A stretch of 64,000 nt of DNA from Gaiellaceae bacterium. GTDB taxonomy: Bacteria > Actinomycetota > Thermoleophilia > Gaiellales > Gaiellaceae. Under the pieces are notes generated by a model. That model was given only the letters and a program-made list of their open reading frames with translations. It ran no database searches and was not told where the DNA came from. The first letter of the stretch is position 1; every line of letters starts with the position of its first letter. Location of the stretch: assembly GCA_035620475.1 (NCBI GenBank), contig DASPGT010000037.1, forward strand, positions 8,233-72,232, read 5' to 3'. Both the position numbers and the translations under genes were made by a program. Shown here in pieces: positions 58,080 through 64,000 of the stretch.

Positions 58080-59222
58080 ATGGCACGAACCGTTACGTGG
58101 GACGAGCTCCGCGACCTCGCCGGGTTCGAGGCGGAGAACGGCTACGCGATCAGCGTCTACCTGGACCTCGATCCGAGCGCGATTCCCACGGCGGGCGACG
58201 CGCAGACGCGCCTCAACTCCCTGCTCGACGGCGCGGCCAAGGAGAACGGCAGCAGGGCGCGGGAGCTGACCCACCAGCAGCGGCTCGCCCTCCGCGACGA
58301 CCTCGACCGGATCCGCCGTTACTTCGGGGCCGAGTTCGAGCGGGACGGCGCCCACGGGCTCGCCATCTTCTGCGCCGGGCTCGACAACGTCTGGCGCCCG
58401 CTGCCGCTCACCGAGGTCGTGCCCGATCGCATCAAGGTCAACCAGCTGCTCTACCTCGCCCCGCTCGTTCCGCTCGTCGGACGCGGCGAGGGCGCGCTCG
58501 TCCTCGTCGTCAGCCGCGAGCAGGGGCGCTTCTACCGCCTTCGCGCCGGGCGGCTCGAGGACCTCGCCGACTACTTCGAGGAGCAGCCCCGGCGGCACGA
58601 TCAGGGCGGCTGGGCGCAGGCCCGGCTCCAGCGGCACGCCGACGAGCTGGTTCACGACCATCTCAAGCGCGTCGCCGAGGAGCTCGACCGCTTCGTCCGT
58701 CGCCTCCGCAAGCCGCAGGTCGTGGTCGTCACGCAGGAGGAGACCTGGGCCGAGCTCGAGAGCCTGCTCTCGCAGGAGGCGCGCTCGGTGGTCGCCGGCG
58801 TCGCCCACGCCGAGGCGCACGCCCAGGCCCCGGACCTCCTCGCGGTCGCAGCCCCGGTGCTCGAGCGCTGGCGCGCCGACAAGGAGACGGAGGCCGTCGC
58901 GCGCTGGCGTGACGAGCTCGGCCGCGGCGGGCGGGCGGCGTCGGGCTGGCAGGCGACGCTCGAGGCGGCCTCGGACGCGCGGGTCGAGCTGCTGCTCTTC
59001 CGCGAGGGCTCCGATCACGAGGCGAAGCGGTGCCCGGCGTGCGGGCGGCTCTCGGTCGGCGGCTCCAAGTGCCCGCTCGACGGCTGCCAGCTCGAGGTCT
59101 CGAAGGACGGGCTCGACCTCGCCGTCCACCAGACGCTGGCCCATGGCGGCCGCGTGTGGGCGGTGCGCCACCACGACGACCTCGACGCCGCCGGCGGGAT
59201 CGGGGCGCTACTCCGCTTCTAG
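58080..59222 (+). CDS. Bacterial eRF1/Pelota-fold protein (baeRF / Vms1-Ankzf1-like putative peptidyl-tRNA hydrolase) with C-terminal zinc ribbon
   Basis: N-terminal ...AISVYLDLDPS..., central HDQGGWAQARLQRH (GG..Q loop like the release-factor catalytic loop), and C-terminal CPACG...(8)...CPLDGC. The call rests on remembered family features, not on a search. Confidence 0.55.
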   Translation: MARTVTWDELRDLAGFEAENGYAISVYLDLDPSAIPTAGDAQTRLNSLLDGAAKENGSRARELTHQQRLALRDDLDRIRRYFGAEFERDGAHGLAIFCAGLDNVWRPLPLTEVVPDRIKVNQLLYLAPLVPLVGRGEGALVLVVSREQGRFYRLRAGRLEDLADYFEEQPRRHDQGGWAQARLQRHADELVHDHLKRVAEELDRFVRRLRKPQVVVVTQEETWAELESLLSQEARSVVAGVAHAEAHAQAPDLLAVAAPVLERWRADKETEAVARWRDELGRGGRAASGWQATLEAASDARVELLLFREGSDHEAKRCPACGRLSVGGSKCPLDGCQLEVSKDGLDLAVHQTLAHGGRVWAVRHHDDLDAAGGIGALLRF

Positions 59223-61109
59223 GAGGGCGGGCGCGGCTTCGGCCGGCTCGCCGGCGGGCTCCTCGCCGGAGGCGACGGGGAGCTCGAAGAAGAACGTCGA
59301 GCCCTCGCCCTCGCGCGAGGCGACCCAGATCCTCCCACCCATCCGCCGGACGAGCTCCCGGCAGATGTAGAGGCCGAGCCCCGTCCCGCCCACACCCCGG
59401 GTCAGGTTCGGATCGAGGCGGTAGAATTTCTCGAAGATGCGCTCCTGCTCGCGCGGGGGGATGCCCAGCCCTTCGTCCCGGACGGAGAAGAGGACGCGGC
59501 CCTCCTGGCGCCACAGCGACAGGTGCACGCGGCCGCCCGCCGGCGAGTACTTGACCGCGTTCTCGACGAGGTTGGCCAGAACCTGGCGCAGCATGTCGGG
59601 GTCGGCCGCGACGGGCGGGAGGTCGTCCGCGGCCGCGAGCTCGATGACCACGCCCGGCGGGGCATGTGCCCTCGCGGCTTCGACCACCTGGAGCGCCGGC
59701 GGGCCGGGGTCGCAGTGCTCGAGGGCGAACGCGAAGCTCCCGGAGTCGAGGCGGCTGGCCGCCAGCACCTGGTCGACGATCCGTGCGAGGCGGTCGGACT
59801 CGCCGGCGATCACCGCGAGGAGCCGGCGGCGGTGGTCGTCGTCGAGCTCGACATCCTGGCGGCGGAGCGTCACTGCCGCGCCGTAGACGGCGGCGAGCGG
59901 CGTCCGCAGCTCGTGCGAGACGGTGGCCACGAACTCGCTCTTGAGCTTCTCGATGCCGCGTTCCTCGGTCAGGTCGCGCAGCGCGTAGACGGTGCCGTCC
60001 GGGAACTGGACGGCTGAGATCGAGATCCAGAGCTCGCGGTCGCCGAGGTCGAGCGGGAGCGTCTCGGCGTGCTTCGCGGCGTACTCGGGCGCGCTGGCGA
60101 CCGGGACGAGCGGCGCGATCGCCTCCCAGCCCGGCAGCACCTCCTGCGGGCGGCGCCCGAGGGCGTCGTCCTTGGAAACCCCGGTGACGGCGGCGATCGC
60201 AGGGTTCCAGAGCCGGATGACGCCGGCGCCGTCCACGAAGAAGACCCCGTCCCCGATGTGGGCGAGGACGCGGGCCGCGCGCTCGCGCTCCTCCCGGACC
60301 TCCTCCTGGAGGCGCGCCCGCTCGAGGACGTCGCCGGCTTCGTTCGCGATCAGCTCGGCGACGGCCACCGCGACGCCGTCGAACCGGCGCGGCTCCGAGA
60401 CGGCGTAGAACGTCAGCGTGCCGACCGGGCTGCCCTCGTGCCGGAGCGGGACGACGAGCGCGCTCCGCGCGCCCACGGCCCGCGCGAGCTGCATCTTCAG
60501 CCGCCGCTCCTGGGCGACGTCGTTGACGACGAGCGGCCGGCCCTCGGTGAGGAGGCGCTGGTTGAAGTCGTCGGAGACCTCGATCACGAAGGTTCGCCAG
60601 AGGTCCTCCTCGATCCCGCTCGCGGCCTCGGCCACGAGGATCCGCCGCTCCGGGTCGTAGAGGAGGAGGACGGCCGCGTCGGCGCCGACGACGGGGGCGG
60701 CGGTCTCGAGGATGTCGCCCCCGACCTCCGCCACCGGCCCCGCCTTGGTGCTCAGCCGGGCGATCGCTCCGAGCACCTCGAGCTCGCGGATGCGCTGCGG
60801 CCGGGCGGCTCCGCGGCGGAGGCTCTCGCGGCCGCGGCGCGTCGCCAGCGCGCCCCAGACGGCCGTCGCCAACGCGGCCGCGAGAATCGACAGCGCGATG
60901 AAGGGTGTCGAGTCGACCGCCCAGCGTCCGGTCACGCCCATGGCGAAGATGAAGAGCTGCTGGACGGACGAGGCGACGAGCAGGAGCCCGGCCGCGAGCG
61001 TCAGCGCCGCGTCCGCGAAGCGCCGCTCCAGCCACCACGCGCGGACCAGGAGCAGGCCGAGGCCGAGCAGCGCCACTCCGAGCCACAGGAAGAACCAGCT
61101 GAACTCCAC
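59208..61109 (-). CDS. Membrane sensor histidine kinase (4 TM, GAF, PAS, HisKA, HATPase_c)
   Basis: H-box FVATVSHELRTPLAAV, N-box LANLVENAVKYS, G-boxes RDEGLGIP and GGTGLGLYIC. A GAF-like region and a PAS-like region (DGVFFVDGAGVIRLWNPA) lie upstream. GTG start with GAAGGA. Confidence 0.9.
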   Translation of the reverse strand: MEFSWFFLWLGVALLGLGLLLVRAWWLERRFADAALTLAAGLLLVASSVQQLFIFAMGVTGRWAVDSTPFIALSILAAALATAVWGALATRRGRESLRRGAARPQRIRELEVLGAIARLSTKAGPVAEVGGDILETAAPVVGADAAVLLLYDPERRILVAEAASGIEEDLWRTFVIEVSDDFNQRLLTEGRPLVVNDVAQERRLKMQLARAVGARSALVVPLRHEGSPVGTLTFYAVSEPRRFDGVAVAVAELIANEAGDVLERARLQEEVREERERAARVLAHIGDGVFFVDGAGVIRLWNPAIAAVTGVSKDDALGRRPQEVLPGWEAIAPLVPVASAPEYAAKHAETLPLDLGDRELWISISAVQFPDGTVYALRDLTEERGIEKLKSEFVATVSHELRTPLAAVYGAAVTLRRQDVELDDDHRRRLLAVIAGESDRLARIVDQVLAASRLDSGSFAFALEHCDPGPPALQVVEAARAHAPPGVVIELAAADDLPPVAADPDMLRQVLANLVENAVKYSPAGGRVHLSLWRQEGRVLFSVRDEGLGIPPREQERIFEKFYRLDPNLTRGVGGTGLGLYICRELVRRMGGRIWVASREGEGSTFFFELPVASGEEPAGEPAEAAPALLEAE

Positions 61110-61154
61110 GGAAGGGTCCTTCGCACGAGTATAGGAAGCCGAAACGCGGCCGGG

Positions 61155-62249
61155 CTACGCTGCGTCGGCCGCCCGGGGGAGCTCCGCGAGCTCGACGGCC
61201 TCGGCCTCGGGCTCCGACTCGGCGGCCCGCTCGAGCTTCGTCTCGAAGCGGGAGAGCCGCCGCTCGGACTCCGAGAACTTCGTCTGTGCGTTCCCGAGGT
61301 GCTTGCCGACCACCTCGAAGTCGCCCTTGAACTTCGAGAAGTCGCGGTTCAGGTCGGCGACGTAGGCCATGACCTCGTGCGCGTGCTCCTCGATCCGGAG
61401 GCCCTTGAAGCCCTGGGCGAGCGTCAGGAGGTAGGTGTAGAAGGTGTTGGGGGAGACGGGGAAGACCCTCCGCTTCTGCGCGTGCCCAACGGGGTTCGCG
61501 TCGCCGCCGATCCGGTTGCAGACGAGCTCGTAGTAGACGCCCTCGACGGGGAGGTACATGAACGCGAACTCGTACGTGCCCTCCTCCGGCCGGATGTACT
61601 TCTCGGCGATCGCGTCGATGTGGCCCTTGACGTCCCGTGCGAACGCCTTGGCGTGGAGCTCGCGCGTCACGTCGTCGTCGGCCTCGGTGAAGCGCTGGAA
61701 GTTGTCGAGCGGGAACTTCGCGTCGACCGGGATGAGCGCCCCGTCGAGCCGGATGACGGCGTCCACGCGCTCCCCGCTCGTGAAGCCGTGCTGGAGCGCG
61801 AACTTGTCGGCGGGGAGGACGTCGGCGAGGAGCTGCGTGAGGAGCAGCTCGCCGACGCCGCCGCGCGCCTTCGGCGGCCGCAGCATCTGCTCGAAGCGCT
61901 GGAGGTCCTTCAGGCGCTCGTTCATCTGCGCGGTGGTCTCGCCGACCTTGCCGAGCCCCTCGTGCATGCGCGCCGACGTCTCGGTCATCCCCGCCAGGCG
62001 CCGGTCGACCTTGACGTCCATCTCGCCGAGCCGGCGGTCGACCTTCGTGTCGAGCTCGCCGAAGCGGCGGTCCATCGTCTCCGTGATCCCGGCGAGGCGC
62101 CGGTCGATCTCCGAGTTGCGGCCCGCCAGGTCCTCGGCGCTCTCGGCGCGATGCCGCGCGAAGTCGGCGCGGAGCACGCGCGCGAGCCAGACGGCGCCCG
62201 TCGCGAGGGCGGCGGCGGCAATCACGAGGATGACAACGGTCCCGACCAT
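61155..62249 (-). CDS. rmuC: DNA recombination protein RmuC
   Basis: N-terminal TM, coiled coil, then PPKARGGVGELLLTQLL...VDAVIRL...IPVDAKFPL...YEFAFMYLPVEGVY, characteristic of RmuC. Start at ATG 62249. Confidence 0.9.
   Translation of the reverse strand: MVGTVVILVIAAAALATGAVWLARVLRADFARHRAESAEDLAGRNSEIDRRLAGITETMDRRFGELDTKVDRRLGEMDVKVDRRLAGMTETSARMHEGLGKVGETTAQMNERLKDLQRFEQMLRPPKARGGVGELLLTQLLADVLPADKFALQHGFTSGERVDAVIRLDGALIPVDAKFPLDNFQRFTEADDDVTRELHAKAFARDVKGHIDAIAEKYIRPEEGTYEFAFMYLPVEGVYYELVCNRIGGDANPVGHAQKRRVFPVSPNTFYTYLLTLAQGFKGLRIEEHAHEVMAYVADLNRDFSKFKGDFEVVGKHLGNAQTKFSESERRLSRFETKLERAAESEPEAEAVELAELPRAADAA
61985..62118 (-). repeat. About 4 tandem 33-nt (11-aa) repeats inside rmuC (DRRLxExxxxV-type)
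   Basis: The peptide is EIDRRLAGITETMDRRFGELDTKVDRRLGEMDVKVDRRLAGMTET. The DNA units CGGCGGTCGACCTT..GT...CTCGCCGA recur every 33 nt. Confidence 0.5.
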
Positions 62250-62438
62250 GGGCCGACGAACAGTACGGAGGCGATCGGACGGACTCCCCGGGATCCGTCT
62301 CCTTAAGCGCCAAATCCGGCGAGCCCGAGGGCTTACCGGATCTGGCAGGCGCGAGCCTAGCGCCCGTTTTCGGGCCCCGTCAACCGACGTGTGGGGGAAG
62401 AGTCCGCAAAGTGCACCTTTTTTCGGTAGAACCCCTGC

Positions 62439-63362
62439 GTGCGCCGTCCCGTCACCGTCGCCTGCGCCCAGGTCGAGCCCGTCGTCCTCGACCGGGAGGC
62501 CTCGCTCGAGCGGCTGGCGGCGGTCACGGCCGAGGCGGCGGCGCGCGGCGCCGGCCTCGTCGTCTTCCCCGAGGCCTTCCTGCCGGCCTACCCCTCGTCG
62601 GTCTGGGCGAAGTACCTGGCCGGCTGGGCCGACCCGCGCGCGAAGGCGGCCTTCGCGCGCCTCGCCGAGGAGTCGGTCGAGGTCCCCGGGCCGGCCGCCG
62701 ACCGGCTGGGGGAGATCGCGCGCGAGCACGGGGTCTGGCTCGTGACCGGCGTCACCGAGATCGACCCGGAGCGGCCGGGGACGCTCTACAACACGCTCCT
62801 CTACCACGACCCCGAGGGGACGCTCGCGCTCCACCACCGCAAGCTCGTCCCCACGAACCACGAGCGGCTCGTCTGGGGCCAGGGCGACGGGCGGGGCCTG
62901 CGCGCGATCGAGACCGGCTTCGGGCGGCTCGGCGGGCTGATCTGCTGGGAGAACTACATGCCGCTCGCGCGCTTCTCGCTCTACGAGTCCGGCGTCGAGA
63001 TCTACGTCGCCTCGACGGCGGACGACTCCGACGAGTGGCAGGCGACCCTCGTCCACATCGCGCGGGAGTCGCGCGCCTTCGTGGTCGCGCCGTGCCACTT
63101 CCAGCGCGCCGCGGCCTACCCCGACGACTTCCCTCTGCGCGAGGCCTTCGACGGCGTCGACGTGATCGGCCGCGGCGGCAGCGCGATCCTCGGCCCCGAC
63201 GGCGCCTACCTCGCCGGCCCGCTCTACGACGAGGAGGGGATCCTCTACGCGGAGCTCGATCCAGCGCGGCTCCACGAAGAGCGGCAGCGCTTCGACCCGG
63301 CCGGGCACTACCACCGGCCCGACGTCCTCGCCCTGACCGTCAACGCGCCGCCCGAGGCATGA
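62439..63362 (+). CDS. Nitrilase / carbon-nitrogen hydrolase family protein
   Basis: Catalytic triad contexts VVFPEAF (Glu), HRKLVPT (Lys) and LICWENYMP (Cys). GTG start. Confidence 0.85.
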   Translation: MRRPVTVACAQVEPVVLDREASLERLAAVTAEAAARGAGLVVFPEAFLPAYPSSVWAKYLAGWADPRAKAAFARLAEESVEVPGPAADRLGEIAREHGVWLVTGVTEIDPERPGTLYNTLLYHDPEGTLALHHRKLVPTNHERLVWGQGDGRGLRAIETGFGRLGGLICWENYMPLARFSLYESGVEIYVASTADDSDEWQATLVHIARESRAFVVAPCHFQRAAAYPDDFPLREAFDGVDVIGRGGSAILGPDGAYLAGPLYDEEGILYAELDPARLHEERQRFDPAGHYHRPDVLALTVNAPPEA

Positions 63363-64000
63363 CCGGGCGCCCCTCCCTCTCGCCGCGAAGCGACTTCCCG
63401 GTGCTGGAGGAGGTGGTCTACCTGAACACGGGCTCGATCGGGCTCGAGCCGCTGCCGGTGCAGCACGCCGGCGAGGTGCTCGGGAGCCAGATCGCCGGCC
63501 GCGGCACGGTCGGGTTCGACGACGAGGTCGAGCAGCGCGTCGGCGACGCCCCGCGGGCCGCGGTCGCCCGCCTGCTCGGCGCGGGCCCCGACGACGTCGC
63601 GGTCGTCACGCACGCCACCGAGGCCCTCTGCCAGGTCGCCTGGTGGCTGAAGCCCGGGGAGGGCGAGAACGTCGTCTCCGCCGACGTCGAGTTCCCCAGC
63701 GTGACGTACCCGTGGCTCCGGCTCGCTCGCGACACCGGCGTGGAGGTGCGGCTCGCGCGGGCGCTGCACGACCCCGCCTCGTTCTCGCTGGAGGCGATCG
63801 CGGAGGTCGTGGACGAGCGCACCTCGGTGATCTGCATCAGCCACGTCCAGTACGCGAGCGGCCACCGGCTCGATCCCGCCGGCCTGGTGGAGCTCGCGCG
63901 GTCGGTCGGCGCCGTGCTCATCCTCGACGCCACGCAGTCCGCCGGCGTCGTCCCGCTCGACGCGCCCTCGCTCGGCGTCGACGTGGTCGTCTCCTCCGGC
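63359..64000 (+). CDS. Class V aminotransferase / cysteine desulfurase-like protein (partial, 3' end outside the window)
   Basis: The frame is open from ATG 63359, which overlaps the nitrilase stop. FPVLEEVVYLNTGSIG..., ...ISHVQYASGHRLD..., ...LILDATQSAGVVPLD resemble fold-type I class V enzymes. Confidence 0.75.
   Translation, partial: MTGRPSLSPRSDFPVLEEVVYLNTGSIGLEPLPVQHAGEVLGSQIAGRGTVGFDDEVEQRVGDAPRAAVARLLGAGPDDVAVVTHATEALCQVAWWLKPGEGENVVSADVEFPSVTYPWLRLARDTGVEVRLARALHDPASFSLEAIAEVVDERTSVICISHVQYASGHRLDPAGLVELARSVGAVLILDATQSAGVVPLDAPSLGVDVVVSSG

Noticed and set aside
58729-62313. 1194-aa minus-strand ORF, and the 745-aa plus-strand ORF (60069..62306), over the kinase and rmuC region.
   Set aside because: Both are low-complexity Arg/Pro/Gly products. 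The kinase H/N/G boxes and RmuC motifs are in a different frame.

Overview
This is a very GC-rich window (by eye well above 65% GC, with strong G/C preference at third codon positions). It looks like core chromosome of an actinobacterium-like organism, possibly a deep-branching Actinomycetota lineage such as Thermoleophilia or Rubrobacteria; that taxonomic guess rests only on synteny and composition. I call about 65 protein genes and one tRNA (tRNA-Gln, anticodon UUG). I found no rRNA, CRISPR array, transposase, integrase or prophage genes. The left half is a classical housekeeping block: rsmI, metG, tatD, rsmA, ispE, tRNA-Gln, glmU, prs, a 1.8 kb insertion, rplY, pth, mfd, a parvulin lipoprotein, mazG, eno, pyk, ftsB and DUF501. 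Next come regulators and envelope genes: an excisionase-HTH plus receiver regulator, a PAP2 phosphatase, a multi-GAF PP2C phosphatase, a membrane-fused spermidine-synthase-like protein, an L,D-transpeptidase and tlpA-ccmH-ccdA. A redox and small-protein cluster follows (DUF309, Rieske, ferredoxin, methyltransferase), then MFS plus an isocitrate-dehydrogenase-family gene. After that is a sugar ABC importer locus with an embedded flavoprotein and a membrane beta-helix protein, then addBA, nth, trxB, an eRF1-fold protein, rmuC with an orphan histidine kinase, a nitrilase, and a partial class V aminotransferase. Many neighbouring genes share overlapping stop/start codons (GTGA, ATGA, TTGA), which suggests translational coupling. 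The most unusual items are listed here.

- A flavoprotein plus a polytopic-membrane beta-helix pair sits inside the ABC locus, and the MalF-like permease there carries a beta-sandwich loop insertion.
- A bacterial eRF1/Vms1-like protein lies beside a trxB operon whose second gene is a zinc-ribbon-PAS protein rather than trxA.
- Three orphan genes, a micro-ORF and a perfect hairpin are inserted between prs and rplY.
- A structured 400 bp gap with no credible ORF separates pth and mfd.
- A small 4-Cys protein with a basic tail has its own promoter and terminator just upstream of addBA.

The many very long Arg/Pro/Gly/Ala-rich ORFs in other frames and on the opposite strand are judged to be high-GC artefacts. 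All family calls come from motif recognition by eye. No database search was run.
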